Shown here one piece after another: positions 38,483-48,639 of a DNA stretch of 64,000 nt. The DNA comes from Polynucleobacter sp. (GTDB lineage: Bacteria > Pseudomonadota > Gammaproteobacteria > Burkholderiales > Burkholderiaceae), in contig NZ_JAHBAK020000026.1 in NCBI RefSeq assembly GCF_018500155.2, positions 387 to 64,386 of the forward strand, written 5' to 3'. The position numbers were made by a program, and so were the translations under genes. The notes beneath the pieces are model-generated. The model had not been told where the DNA came from. It saw nothing but the letters and a program-made list of their open reading frames with translations, and searched no databases. The number at the start of each line of letters is the position of its first letter. Within the stretch, counting starts at the first letter, position 1.

Positions 38483-39010
38483 ATGGCAAAAGCGTTTATC
38501 GGGTTTGGTGGCAATATCGGCGACACACGTCAGCTGATCACCGATGCTATCGTCTGCTTAGCGCAACGCTCCGAATTGCATATTCTTGCTAAGAGCTGTT
38601 TTTACCAAAGCGCACCCGTAGAAGCACTTGGCGGCGACTACATCAATGCAGTCATTGAGATTGAAACTGAACTGACACCTTACGGTCTTTTACATGTATG
38701 CCAAGCCATTGAGCAAGAATTTGGGAGGGAGAGACCTTACGCTAACGCACCTCGCACACTTGATCTCGATATCCTGTTCTATGAAGGTGTGACGCAAAAT
38801 GAAACTGAATTAATGCTTCCGCACCCTAAAATCATTGAGCGCTCTTTTGTATTACTTCCTCTACTAGAAATCGCGCCAGACTTTTTCTTACCCAATTTTG
38901 GGCAATTGAAGGCTTATCTACCCAAAGTAGCCCATCAAAGAATTGAAAAACTCCCTTGCCGCAACTGTAATTGCGGGGAAAAAGACGTTTATAGCCAAAC
39001 GGCGCATTAA
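38483..39010 (+). CDS. folK: 2-amino-4-hydroxy-6-hydroxymethyldihydropteridine diphosphokinase
   Basis: GFGGNIG, DYINAV, PRTLDLDIL, PHP....RSFVLLPL.EI. Confidence 0.94.
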   Translation: MAKAFIGFGGNIGDTRQLITDAIVCLAQRSELHILAKSCFYQSAPVEALGGDYINAVIEIETELTPYGLLHVCQAIEQEFGRERPYANAPRTLDLDILFYEGVTQNETELMLPHPKIIERSFVLLPLLEIAPDFFLPNFGQLKAYLPKVAHQRIEKLPCRNCNCGEKDVYSQTAH

Positions 39011-39015
39011 TTCAT

Positions 39016-39021
39016 TAAACT
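39016..39021 (+). promoter_or_regulatory. Putative -10 element (TAAACT) 6 nt upstream of panB ATG
   Basis: TAAACT-ctcgcc-ATG; no SD. Confidence 0.45.
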
Positions 39022-39027
39022 CTCGCC

Positions 39028-39843
39028 ATGGGTTACTTACAGGGCGATAAGCCAATTACGATCACTAAGCTCCTCGCAATGCACGCTGAGGGTGAAAAAA
39101 TTACGATGCTCACTGCATACGATTCCACTATGTCAGCGCTATTAAATCGCTGCGGAATTGAAGTGATTCTGATTGGTGATTCCTTAGGCAATGTCATTCA
39201 AGGTCATAGCAGCACCACTCCGGTCACTGTTGAACAAGTGGCGTATCACACAGAATGCGTAGCGCGTGCTAACACACATGCATTTGTAATTGCCGATCTA
39301 CCATTTGCCAGCTACGGCGATCCAGTCCAAGCATTAGACTCTGCCGCAACGCTGATGCGTGCTGGTGCTGACATGGTGAAACTAGAGGGCGGTGATTGGC
39401 AAATCGAAATTATTCGCTATCTTGTTAAACGTAGCGTTCCTGTCTGCGCCCATCTTGGCCTCTTGCCCCAATCTGTTCATGTATTGGGCGGCTATAAAGT
39501 GCAAGGTAAATCTAAAGACGCTGCAACACTGATGCTTGAGCAGGCACTCGCTTGTCAGGAAGCAGGCGCACAAATGGTTGTTCTGGAGGCGATCCCCTCA
39601 TCCCTAGGTGAAAAAATTACTACTGAACTCAATATTCCAACAATTGGTATTGGTGCAGGACCAGACTGCTCTGGACAAGTTTTAGTACTGCCGGACATGT
39701 TGGGCATTAGCCCCGGCAGACCTCCCAAGTTCGTAAAGAACTTTATGGAAGGCCATCAATCGATAGAGTCTGCCGTGAAAGCATACGTGCGCGAAGTGAA
39801 GTCTGGAAAATTTCCCGCGCCAGAACACGGCTTTGCTGGCTAG
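39028..39843 (+). CDS. panB: 3-methyl-2-oxobutanoate hydroxymethyltransferase
   Basis: MLTAYD, LIGDSLG, ADLPF.SY, VKLEGG, HLGLLPQ, TIGIGAG..CSGQVLV. Confidence 0.97.
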   Translation: MGYLQGDKPITITKLLAMHAEGEKITMLTAYDSTMSALLNRCGIEVILIGDSLGNVIQGHSSTTPVTVEQVAYHTECVARANTHAFVIADLPFASYGDPVQALDSAATLMRAGADMVKLEGGDWQIEIIRYLVKRSVPVCAHLGLLPQSVHVLGGYKVQGKSKDAATLMLEQALACQEAGAQMVVLEAIPSSLGEKITTELNIPTIGIGAGPDCSGQVLVLPDMLGISPGRPPKFVKNFMEGHQSIESAVKAYVREVKSGKFPAPEHGFAG

Positions 39844-39854
39844 ACCCTCAGATC

Positions 39855-40988
39855 CTAGCTAAAGAAATTCTTAACGCCTTCAAACCAGCCTTTTTGTTGC
39901 GGGCTGTGTTTGTCACCACCAGACTTCAAACTTTCATCAAACTGGCGAAGTAATTTTTTCTGATCATCGGTAAGTTTTACCGGTGTCTCCACCAAAATAT
40001 GCACGAACAAATCGCCTACTAAAGTAGAGCGCAAGCCTTTGATGCCTTTATGGCGCAAACGGAATGTTTTACCAGTTTGAGTTCCCTCCGGAATTTCAAA
40101 CTCAACTCGACCAGACAAGGTAGGTACTTCAATTTCTCCACCAATAGCTGCGGTTGCAAAAGAAATTGGTAAATGCACATGCAGATCACTGCCATCACGC
40201 TCAAATACCTTATGCGGTTTAACGCGCACCTCTACATACAAATCACCTGATGGCCCGCCATTAATACCGGGTTCGCCATTGCCGACTGAACGCACACGCA
40301 TGCCATCATCAATGCCCGCTGGAATTTTGATCTCGAGTGTTTTTTGCTCTTTATGTTTGCCAGTGCCATGACATGTCTTACAAGGCTTGGGTATGTACTC
40401 GCCTGTGCCACGACATTTCGGACAAGTTTGCTGCATTGAAAAAAAGCCCTGCTGCACTCGTACTTGACCATGACCATCGCAGGTAGAACATTTTTCTGCT
40501 TTTGTGACTGGCTCAGCTCCTGTTCCATGACAGGGCTTGCAATCGCTCCAACTTGGCACCCGAATTTGCGTGGTGTAACCCTCAGCCGCCTGCTCCAAAG
40601 TGATACCCATGTTGTAGCGTAAATCGGCGCCTTTGTAGACTTGGGGGCCAGAATGACGTCCACCGCCTTGCCCGAAGATATCTCCAAAGATATCGCCAAA
40701 AGCATCGGCAAAACCACCGCCACCAAAGCCACCTCCAAATCCCCCACCCATCGATGGATCAACACCAGCATGACCATATTGATCATAAGCAGCACGTTTA
40801 TTGGGATCCGAAAGTGTTTCGTAGGCTTCCTTAGCCTCCTTAAATTGAGCTTCAGCCGTCTTACTATCTGGATTGCGATCAGGGTGATACTTCATCGCCA
40901 ACTTGCGATAGGCTTTTTTTAGCTCATCGTCGCTGGCACCTTTTGCAACACCCAACACTTCATAAAAATCGCGTTTACTTTTAGGCAC
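39855..40988 (-). CDS. dnaJ: Molecular chaperone DnaJ
   Basis: J-domain HPD, G/F-rich region, four CxxCxGxG repeats; GTG start with SD GAGG. Confidence 0.97.
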   Translation of the reverse strand: MPKSKRDFYEVLGVAKGASDDELKKAYRKLAMKYHPDRNPDSKTAEAQFKEAKEAYETLSDPNKRAAYDQYGHAGVDPSMGGGFGGGFGGGGFADAFGDIFGDIFGQGGGRHSGPQVYKGADLRYNMGITLEQAAEGYTTQIRVPSWSDCKPCHGTGAEPVTKAEKCSTCDGHGQVRVQQGFFSMQQTCPKCRGTGEYIPKPCKTCHGTGKHKEQKTLEIKIPAGIDDGMRVRSVGNGEPGINGGPSGDLYVEVRVKPHKVFERDGSDLHVHLPISFATAAIGGEIEVPTLSGRVEFEIPEGTQTGKTFRLRHKGIKGLRSTLVGDLFVHILVETPVKLTDDQKKLLRQFDESLKSGGDKHSPQQKGWFEGVKNFFS

Positions 40989-41017
40989 GGCCTATTCCTC
41001 TCAACATCCACAATGGC

Positions 41018-41042
41018 ACAAGTCGGCACGAAGCCGACTTGT
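41018..41042. other. Stable hairpin in the dnaK-dnaJ intergenic region
   Basis: ACAAGTCGGC / GCCGACTTGT 10-bp stem, 5-nt loop; no U-tract on the transcribed (minus) strand. Confidence 0.55.
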
Positions 41043-41088
41043 TATTGCAGTACTACAAAACTACATTCATCACACTAGATTGACTCGA

Positions 41089-43020
41089 TTACTTCTTGTC
41101 ATCTACCTCTTTAAAGTCAGCATCAACTACGTCAGCATCCGGGGCGGCTTTTTGCTCACCGCCAGGGGCGGCGCCTGCAGTACCAGCCGCTTTTGCCTGT
41201 TCAGCTGCCATGACTTTTTCACCCAACTTCTGGCTAGCCTTACCCAATGCTTCGGTCTTGGCTTCAATCGCAGCTTTATCACTGCCCTTGATTGCTTCGT
41301 CTAACTCCTTGAGAGCAGCTTCAATGGCTTCTTTCTCGGAGGCTTCTAAGCTAGCACCATGCTCTTCCAAGGCTTTCTTGGTTGAGTGAGCCAATGCATC
41401 TGCCGTATTACGTGCAGTCACGAGCTCTAATGCTTTTTTATCCTCAGCCGCATTTGCTTCAGCATCTTTCACCATGCGTTGGATCTCTTCTTCGGTCAAA
41501 CCAGAATTCGCCTTGATGGTGATCTTGTTTTCTTTGCCAGTGTTCTTGTCTTTTGCTGTGACGTGCAAAATACCATTGGCATCGATATCAAAAGTCACTT
41601 CAATTTGTGGCAATCCACGTGGCGCAGGTGCAATCCCTTCGAGATTAAATTCACCAAGCAATTTATTAGCAGCAGCCATCTCACGCTCACCCTGATAGCA
41701 CTTGATAGTTACTGCAGGCTGATTGTCTTCAGCTGTCGAATACACTTGTGAATGCTTGGTTGGAATGGTGGTGTTCTTTGGAATCATCTTGGTCATAACG
41801 CCACCAAGAGTCTCGATACCCAATGACAATGGGGTAACGTCCAAGAGCAATACATCCTTACGATCACCCGACAATACAGATCCCTGAATTGCCGCACCTA
41901 CAGCAACCGCTTCGTCTGGATTGACGTCCTTACGTGGCTCTTTGCCAAAGATCTCTTTAACCTTTTCCTGAACTGCAGGCATACGAGTTTGGCCACCGAC
42001 CAAAATCACGTCATCAATATCTGCAACATTCACACCTGCGTCTTTAATTGCAGTAAGGCAAGGACCAGCAGTACGGTTAATCAATTCCTCAACCAAAGAT
42101 TCCAATTTGGCGCGAGTCAACTTTAAGTTCAAATGCTTAGGACCACTTGCATCAGCTGTCACATAAGGCAAATTGATTTCAGTTTGTTGAGCCGAGGACA
42201 ATTCAATCTTAGCCTTCTCAGCAGCATCTTTTAAGCGTTGCAATGCCAAAACATCTTTACTTAAATCAACGCCTTGCTCTTTCTTGAACTCAGCAATGAT
42301 CCAATCAATAATGCGCTGGTCAAAGTCTTCACCACCCAAGAATGTATCGCCATTGGTTGAGAGTACTTCAAATTGCTTCTCACCATCCACGTTGGCGATT
42401 TCAATAATGGACACGTCAAATGTACCGCCACCTAAGTCATAAACAGCGATCTTACGATCAGCTTTGTCTTGCTTGTCTAAACCAAAAGCCAAAGCAGCTG
42501 CAGTTGGTTCATTGATGATGCGCTTGACATCCAAACCAGCGATGCGGCCAGCATCTTTAGTGGCTTGACGTTGACTGTCGTTGAAGTAAGCGGGCACAGT
42601 AATCACTGCTTCAGTCACCTCTTCACCGAGATAGTCTTCGGCAGTCTTTTTCATCTTACGCAGAATTTCAGCGGACACTTGTGGAGGTGCCATTTTTTTA
42701 TCGCGCGCCTCTACCCATGCATCACCGTTATCTGCTTTGATAATGGCATAAGGCATCAAAGTGATGTCTTTTTGTACTTCTGGATCTTCAAATTTACGAC
42801 CCATCAAACGCTTCACTGCGTAGATGGTATTTTTAGGATTGGTGACTGACTGACGTTTAGCAGGCGCGCCAACCAATACCTCGCCATCCTCAACGTAAGC
42901 GATGATGGATGGAGTTGTGCGAGCACCTTCAGCATTCTCGATGACTTTAGGCGCATTGTTTTCTACGACGGAAACACAAGAGTTAGTGGTTCCTAAGTCG
43001 ATACCGATAATCTTTCCCAT
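41089..43020 (-). CDS. dnaK: Molecular chaperone DnaK
   Basis: [39 protein letters not shown] terminus. Confidence 0.99.
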   Translation of the reverse strand: MGKIIGIDLGTTNSCVSVVENNAPKVIENAEGARTTPSIIAYVEDGEVLVGAPAKRQSVTNPKNTIYAVKRLMGRKFEDPEVQKDITLMPYAIIKADNGDAWVEARDKKMAPPQVSAEILRKMKKTAEDYLGEEVTEAVITVPAYFNDSQRQATKDAGRIAGLDVKRIINEPTAAALAFGLDKQDKADRKIAVYDLGGGTFDVSIIEIANVDGEKQFEVLSTNGDTFLGGEDFDQRIIDWIIAEFKKEQGVDLSKDVLALQRLKDAAEKAKIELSSAQQTEINLPYVTADASGPKHLNLKLTRAKLESLVEELINRTAGPCLTAIKDAGVNVADIDDVILVGGQTRMPAVQEKVKEIFGKEPRKDVNPDEAVAVGAAIQGSVLSGDRKDVLLLDVTPLSLGIETLGGVMTKMIPKNTTIPTKHSQVYSTAEDNQPAVTIKCYQGEREMAAANKLLGEFNLEGIAPAPRGLPQIEVTFDIDANGILHVTAKDKNTGKENKITIKANSGLTEEEIQRMVKDAEANAAEDKKALELVTARNTADALAHSTKKALEEHGASLEASEKEAIEAALKELDEAIKGSDKAAIEAKTEALGKASQKLGEKVMAAEQAKAAGTAGAAPGGEQKAAPDADVVDADFKEVDDKK

Positions 43021-43120
43021 AATGGCTCCAAAAAATTAAGTTATTTGTTGTACTTCTAGGTTTTGTAGGTTGTCAGAGGCAATTCAGATGAACTGCCATG
43101 AAATTTCCAATACTCACTAA

Positions 43121-43146
43121 ATGGGGTCTAAAGGAGCAAATTCAAG
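43121..43146 (-). promoter_or_regulatory. Sigma32 (RpoH) promoter for dnaK
   Basis: Minus strand reads CTTGAA-N14-CCCCAT(TTA), a consensus heat-shock promoter. Confidence 0.85.
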
Positions 43147-43158
43147 AGGGTAAATAGC

Positions 43159-43184
43159 AAAAAAGGCAGAAATCTGCCTTTTTT
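43159..43184. terminator. Intrinsic terminator after grpE
   Basis: AAAAAAGGCAGA / TCTGCCTTTTTT inverted repeat with A/T tails on both sides. Confidence 0.8.
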
Positions 43185-43218
43185 ATGCCGTTTTGGGGGT
43201 TAATCCCCTTTTTTTAGC

Positions 43219-43776
43219 TTATTTTGGGGCGCTAACCGTCACCAATGCTGGTCTTAGCACGCGATCGGCCACGGTATAACCGCGCTGGAGCACCGAAACC
43301 ACAGTATTAGGCTCTTGGTCTGAGGGCACTGAGGCAATTGCCTGATGGTGGTGGGGATCAAATTTTTCCCCCACTGCAGGATTAATTTCCGTCATACGCC
43401 CTTTTTCAAAAGCAGACAACAACTGCTTCAGCGTAATCTCCAGACCCTCTTTGACTGCCTTTGCATCTGCTGCATCAGCGTTTAAGGCTGCATACAAACT
43501 GTCTGTCACAGGCACTAAGTGCTCAGCAAAACTCTCGATCGCAAATTTATGGGCTTTGGCAACATCCTCTACCGCACGACGGCGAATATTTTCGCCTTCT
43601 GCTTTGGCACGCAAGAAATTGTCCTGCAAATCAGTAATTTTTTGATTGAGCTCAGCGATTTGTTCGTCAGCAGATTTTTCGGCGGGAGCTTGGCTCCCAC
43701 CTTCAGCCGGATTCTCTGTTGCAGCTGCTACAGTATTTTCTTGTTCTGGCGCTGGGTTTTGATTTTCTTGATTCAT
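43219..43776 (-). CDS. grpE: Nucleotide exchange factor GrpE
   Basis: [28 protein letters not shown]....[10 protein letters not shown]. Confidence 0.97.
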   Translation of the reverse strand: MNQENQNPAPEQENTVAAATENPAEGGSQAPAEKSADEQIAELNQKITDLQDNFLRAKAEGENIRRRAVEDVAKAHKFAIESFAEHLVPVTDSLYAALNADAADAKAVKEGLEITLKQLLSAFEKGRMTEINPAVGEKFDPHHHQAIASVPSDQEPNTVVSVLQRGYTVADRVLRPALVTVSAPK

Positions 43777-43821
43777 AAATGCTGATTCACTTTTCTGTAA
43801 TTAGATCGTTTGCTTTGCTAT

Positions 43822-43848
43822 ATGAGGTCAGTTTAGCGAATTTCAAGG
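43822..43848 (-). promoter_or_regulatory. Sigma32 (RpoH) promoter for grpE
   Basis: Minus strand reads CCTTGAA-N14-CCTCAT(ATA). Confidence 0.75.
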
Positions 43849-43859
43849 TCGTTAAGAAA

Positions 43860-44951
43860 TTAACGCTGAGCAAGTTCTGCTCTTTGATTGCGCTTGGCAA
43901 GCTCCTCAGAGGACTCGGTGCCCAATGACCAGCCCAATAAATGCTGATAGGCAATATCACTTAAAGCCTTAATCCAATGGGGGTTGCTATTCAAACAAGG
44001 AATATAGCGATAGTCCTTCCCACCATGTTCTAGAAAGGTTTCACGCGCCTCCATTGCAATTTCCTCTAATGTCTCTAGACAGTCCGCCGGAAATCCGGGA
44101 CAAAAAATATCCAGACGCTGACAACCTTCTTTTGCTAGCTTTTCAATCGTTGCGGCAGTGTAAGGCTTTAACCATTCCGCTTTACCAAAGCGCGATTGGA
44201 ACGTCACGATGTATTGACCCGGCTCCAAACCAAGAGACTCTCCAAGCAACCGTCCAGTCTTTAAGCATTCACAGTGGTAAGGGTCGCCTTTCATTAAATT
44301 GCGCTTGGGCAAACCATGAAAAGAAAACATCAATTTGTCGCCCCTAGAAAAATCAGGACGACCATCTTTGTCCCAACTACTCAAGACCTGATCTCGTAAT
44401 GCTGCGATATAGGCTGGATTGTCATGATAGTGTTTCACCAAACGTAACTCTGGTTGGTCACGCCAAGTACTCAACACACGAAATACCTCATCAAAACTGG
44501 AGGCAGTGGTCGTAGCAGAGTATTGGGGATAGAGAGGTAATAGCAATAAGCGCTCCATGCCTTCGGCCTTGAGCCCCTCCAAGACTTCTTGGGTAGATGG
44601 CTGGCCATATCGCATTGCTAAATCTACCAACACTGTGTGACCCTCATTAGCAAAAATGTCATTCAGCTCTTTTGCTTGCAAGCGTGAGTAATGCATCAAA
44701 GGTGAGCCTAATTGGGGCAACCAAATAGATGCATATTTTTTGGCTGATGCACCACTACGAATAGGCAGGATGATGCCATTGAGAATGAACCACCATATGA
44801 AGCGTGGAATTTCAACTACCCGAGGATCAGATAAAAACTCTTTTAAATAAGACTTCACCGCTTTTGGTGTTGGTGCCGATGGTGTGCCTAAATTTAATAA
44901 AAGTACTGCTGTTTTAGAAGCACGTAGATGCGGATTTTGATTCAATGTCAT
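43860..44951 (-). CDS. hemH: Ferrochelatase
   Basis: LLNLGTP, YLKEFLSDPRVVE, LPLYPQYS..TT, FSFHGLP, FQSRFG..EWL.P, DCLETLEEI. Confidence 0.96.
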   Translation of the reverse strand: MTLNQNPHLRASKTAVLLLNLGTPSAPTPKAVKSYLKEFLSDPRVVEIPRFIWWFILNGIILPIRSGASAKKYASIWLPQLGSPLMHYSRLQAKELNDIFANEGHTVLVDLAMRYGQPSTQEVLEGLKAEGMERLLLLPLYPQYSATTTASSFDEVFRVLSTWRDQPELRLVKHYHDNPAYIAALRDQVLSSWDKDGRPDFSRGDKLMFSFHGLPKRNLMKGDPYHCECLKTGRLLGESLGLEPGQYIVTFQSRFGKAEWLKPYTAATIEKLAKEGCQRLDIFCPGFPADCLETLEEIAMEARETFLEHGGKDYRYIPCLNSNPHWIKALSDIAYQHLLGWSLGTESSEELAKRNQRAELAQR

Positions 44952-44971
44952 TGCCTCTAATATTTATAAAA

Positions 44972-45982
44972 TTATGAACTTAACGCACCCGATAACAACT
45001 TCGAAGTAATGTCGACAATGGGGATAACTCTGTCGTACGCCATCCTTGTAGGGCCAATCACCCCCAGAGTGCCGACGACTTGCCCATCTACGCTATATGG
45101 GGCGCTAATCACCGCCAGATCCTCATACGGCAAGAGATCACTCTCACCACCAATAAAAATTTGAATTCCATCGGCATGACTAGAAACATCGAGCAATTGC
45201 ATGAGGACAGATTTTTGCTCAAGCAAATCAAACATCTTGCGCAACTTATCTAAATTGGAACTTAAATCTCCCACGTTCAAAAGACGACGCTCTCCGGATA
45301 ACAACATGTCACCACGACTCATATCGTAATCAGCTACACCACTTTGCAAGGCGAGCGCCATTAACCCAGAAATATCTGCGCGCAAACTATCGAGGTCTGA
45401 TTTGAGATGAAGGCGAACCTGATCAAAACTTTTTCCAGCAAATTGCGCATTGATATAGTTACCCGCTTCAATCAACTGACTTGGGGTGTAGTCTTGGTTC
45501 GTTGGCAAAATGCGATTTTGTACATCACCTTCAGGTGTCACCATAATCAACAAAATTTTGCCTTCGCCCAAACGAAGAAACTCGATATGCTTAAAAACTT
45601 GAGCACGTTTTGGCGTCATCACAACACCTGCAAAATGGGTGAGATTGGACAAAATTTGCGCCGCTGAATTGAGCACTCTCTGTGGAGAATCTGGCAATAA
45701 GCCTTTTTCGACTTCTCTTGCCGCAATCGCCTCCAAGGGACGGACCGTCACCATGGTGTCCACAAATAAACGATAACCCCTTGGAGTGGGAATACGACCA
45801 GCCGAGGTATGTGGGCTAGTAACCAGTCCCATATCCTCAAGATCAGCCATGACATTACGAATCGTGGCTGCAGAGAGGTCTAAACCCGAAAATCTGGATA
45901 AGGTCCGCGAGCCAATAGGCTGCCCCTCCTCGATGTATCGCTCGATGAGTGTTTTTAATAAAGCGCGGGAACGTTCATCCAT
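44972..45982 (-). CDS. hrcA: Heat-inducible transcription repressor HrcA
   Basis: [40 protein letters not shown]. Confidence 0.96.
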   Translation of the reverse strand: MDERSRALLKTLIERYIEEGQPIGSRTLSRFSGLDLSAATIRNVMADLEDMGLVTSPHTSAGRIPTPRGYRLFVDTMVTVRPLEAIAAREVEKGLLPDSPQRVLNSAAQILSNLTHFAGVVMTPKRAQVFKHIEFLRLGEGKILLIMVTPEGDVQNRILPTNQDYTPSQLIEAGNYINAQFAGKSFDQVRLHLKSDLDSLRADISGLMALALQSGVADYDMSRGDMLLSGERRLLNVGDLSSNLDKLRKMFDLLEQKSVLMQLLDVSSHADGIQIFIGGESDLLPYEDLAVISAPYSVDGQVVGTLGVIGPTRMAYDRVIPIVDITSKLLSGALSS

Positions 45983-46019
45983 GGTGGAAGGGATTTTATG
46001 CCTATGGTTTAATCGTCAT

Positions 46020-46925
46020 ATGTTAAGCCCATCCCCAAATTCTTCCAAGAAGGCATTTAGCCGGGTAGCGCTCGTGGGCAAATTCCACGCCGATGGCATC
46101 GAAGAGCACTTAAAAGACCTGGCTAAACTGGTAGAGGGTCTTGGTTGCGAGGTCTTTATCGAGTCAGAAACTGCTTCCCACCTTGGCCTGAGTGGATTTC
46201 CTACGAAAACACCGCAAGATTTTGCAAAAGCGATTGATTTAGTCGTGGTTTTGGGTGGCGATGGAACGATGTTGGGTATTGCACGTCAACTAGCAGGCAG
46301 CAATGTCCCCTTGGTAGGTATCAATATGGGACGCCTGGGGTACATGACAGACATTCCTTTCCAATTAGTCAAAGATACTTTGCCCAAGATTATTGCTGGC
46401 GAATATGAAGCGGATACGAGAACTTTGCTTGAAGGCGCCGTTCTACGTGATGACAAAGTGATTAATTGTGCTTTGGCTTTGAATGATGTGGTGGTAAACC
46501 GTTCAGGAATTTCTGGCATGGTGGAATTGGCGGTACATGTAAACAAATCCTTTATGTATAACCAAAGATCTGACGGTTTGATTATTTCTACACCAACAGG
46601 ATCAACCGCCTATGCCTTATCAGCCGGCGGACCCATCCTGCATCCCCATGTTGCAGGAATTTTATTGGCCCCTATTGCGCCACATTCTTTATCGAATCGC
46701 CCTATCGTTTTGCCACAAGATAGCAAAATTGTGATTGAAGTGGTGAATGGTTTAGATGTCATTGTCAATTTTGATATGCAGTCTCAAACCAACTTGCAAA
46801 GTGGTGACAAAATTGAAGTGCGTCAATCCGATAAAACTATCACTCTTTTGCACCCGAGCAATCACAGCGACTACAAAACTTTGCGTGAAAAATTGCATTG
46901 GAATGAATACCCATCGACTTTCTGA
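46020..46925 (+). CDS. nadK: NAD kinase
   Basis: LGGDGTML, GINMGRLGY, ALNDVV, DGLIISTPTGSTAYALSAGGP; start at ATG 46020, because the ORF-track start at 45786 overlaps hrcA. Confidence 0.95.
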   Translation: MLSPSPNSSKKAFSRVALVGKFHADGIEEHLKDLAKLVEGLGCEVFIESETASHLGLSGFPTKTPQDFAKAIDLVVVLGGDGTMLGIARQLAGSNVPLVGINMGRLGYMTDIPFQLVKDTLPKIIAGEYEADTRTLLEGAVLRDDKVINCALALNDVVVNRSGISGMVELAVHVNKSFMYNQRSDGLIISTPTGSTAYALSAGGPILHPHVAGILLAPIAPHSLSNRPIVLPQDSKIVIEVVNGLDVIVNFDMQSQTNLQSGDKIEVRQSDKTITLLHPSNHSDYKTLREKLHWNEYPSTF

Positions 46926-46937
46926 TGTCGATTTTCT

Positions 46938-46946
46938 TGCTACGCT
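46938..46946 (+). promoter_or_regulatory. Putative extended -10 (TG-C-TACGCT) 5 nt upstream of recN ATG
   Basis: TGcTACGCT-aatac-ATG; no SD. Confidence 0.4.
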
Positions 46947-46951
46947 AATAC

Positions 46952-48619
46952 ATGCTTCAAACCATCTGCCTTCGTGACTTTGTCATTGTTGATCAGCTTG
47001 AACTCGACTTTGCAAGTGGCTTTACCGTGCTCACCGGCGAGACTGGTGCGGGAAAATCCATCCTCCTCGATGCCCTAAGCCTTGTACTTGGAGAACGCGC
47101 TGATAGCAGCCAAATTCGAGAGGGCAGTAATCGCGCTGAGATCTCCGCACAATTTCGAATTGATCCGGAACTTCTGCCGTCTTTTAGCATCTGGTTGGAT
47201 GAACAAGGCTTTCCAAGTGAAGATGGTGGGCAAAGCTTGTTACTCAAAAGAACTATTGAATCTAACGGTCGTAGTCGCGCCTTTATTAACGGCAGTATTG
47301 CTACCTTAGCGCAACTACGCGAAGCAGGTGATCAGTTGGTCGATATACATGGTCAACATGCTCACCAGCTGCTCTTAAAAAGCGGTGCTCAGCGAGATCT
47401 ATTAGATCGTCATGCAGGCTTGCTGCCTTTGGCTACAGAAGTAGCGCAATCTTTTAGGACGCTGAACGACTCACGTCGCCGTCTTGCGCAAGCAGAAAAT
47501 GCAGGTCAAGACATTGAGCGCGAACGAGAACGATTGGAATGGCAACTGGAAGAACTTACCGCACTCTCGCCGCTAGAAGGAGAGTGGGCCCATGTTCAAA
47601 GTGAGCATGCAAAATTGGCTAATGGAGCAAAATTAATTAGCGGCTGCCAAGAAGCACTTGAGGTTTTAAGTAATGCCGACCATTCGCTCGAATCCTCCCT
47701 ATCAAAAGTGTGCGGCAGTATTGGCGCTTTGGCTGATCATGACTCAGCTTTAAGCCCTATCAGCGAATCACTAGAGAGCGCCCAGATCCAGCTAGATGAG
47801 GCCATTCATGGTCTGAATCGCTATTTACAAAAAATTGATCTCGATCCTGCAAGACTTGCACAAATAGAAGAGCGAATGCAGGCTTTGCATGGCGCAGCCA
47901 GAAAATATCGCACTGAAGCAGATGAGCTACCCAAGCTGCTTGCGGATACAACGGAGCGCCTAGAAGCATTAACAGCTTCACAAAATATAGAAGCGCTGCG
48001 TGAAAAAGTAAAACAAGAAGAAGCTACATACCTTAAGATTGCCAAACAACTTTCGCAAAAACGCAGCAAGGCTGCTAGCGACCTTAGTCAACAAGTCACC
48101 GAGGCAATGCAACACTTATCGATGGCGGGTGGTCGTCTTGAAATTGCCTTGACCCCACTCCAAGAAGGCAGCTCCCATGGTCTTGAACAGGTTGAGTTTC
48201 TGGTGGCTGGCCATGCGGGCAGCACTCCACGATCTCTCGCTAAGGTGGCCTCCGGCGGGGAGCTAGCGCGTATTAGCTTGGCTATTAGTGTCATTACTAG
48301 CAAGGCCTCGTTTACACCTACTTTAATTTTTGACGAAGTTGATGCTGGCATCGGTGGAGCTGTCGCTGAAACTGTTGGCAAGTTATTGCATCAACTCGGC
48401 CAGTCACACCAAATTCTTTGTGTAACTCACTTGCCACAAGTTGCAGCACAAGGAAATCATCACTTCAAAGTTAGTAAAGCACAGTCTGCTGAGAAAACGA
48501 TTTCACAAGTTCAGACTCTAGGCAGAATAGAGCGAGTTGAAGAGATAGCCAGAATGCTAGGTGGCGCAACGATTACAGATACGACGCGCCGACATGCTCG
48601 CGAACTACTTGAGCAATAG
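46952..48619 (+). CDS. recN: DNA repair protein RecN
   Basis: LTGETGAGKS, DIHGQH, coiled coil, ASGGELAR, IFDEVDAGIGG, THLPQVAA. Confidence 0.97.
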   Translation: MLQTICLRDFVIVDQLELDFASGFTVLTGETGAGKSILLDALSLVLGERADSSQIREGSNRAEISAQFRIDPELLPSFSIWLDEQGFPSEDGGQSLLLKRTIESNGRSRAFINGSIATLAQLREAGDQLVDIHGQHAHQLLLKSGAQRDLLDRHAGLLPLATEVAQSFRTLNDSRRRLAQAENAGQDIERERERLEWQLEELTALSPLEGEWAHVQSEHAKLANGAKLISGCQEALEVLSNADHSLESSLSKVCGSIGALADHDSALSPISESLESAQIQLDEAIHGLNRYLQKIDLDPARLAQIEERMQALHGAARKYRTEADELPKLLADTTERLEALTASQNIEALREKVKQEEATYLKIAKQLSQKRSKAASDLSQQVTEAMQHLSMAGGRLEIALTPLQEGSSHGLEQVEFLVAGHAGSTPRSLAKVASGGELARISLAISVITSKASFTPTLIFDEVDAGIGGAVAETVGKLLHQLGQSHQILCVTHLPQVAAQGNHHFKVSKAQSAEKTISQVQTLGRIERVEEIARMLGGATITDTTRRHARELLEQ

Positions 48620-48639
48620 CAGCATTCTTTCAGCAACCT

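Noticed and set aside
41096-42849. Antisense ORFs opposite dnaK (41096-41389, 41474-41751, 42565-42849)
   Set aside because: They are fragmented and lack SDs or motifs. This is the expected shadow of biased codon usage in a highly expressed gene, not a continuous antisense gene.
45786-46019. N-terminal extensions in the ORF track for nadK (also ileS 12345, lspA 15242, SirB1 30709, radC 6552, clpA 24334, csp 24881)
   Set aside because: The extensions overlap neighbouring genes and show no family similarity; downstream starts match homolog N-termini.
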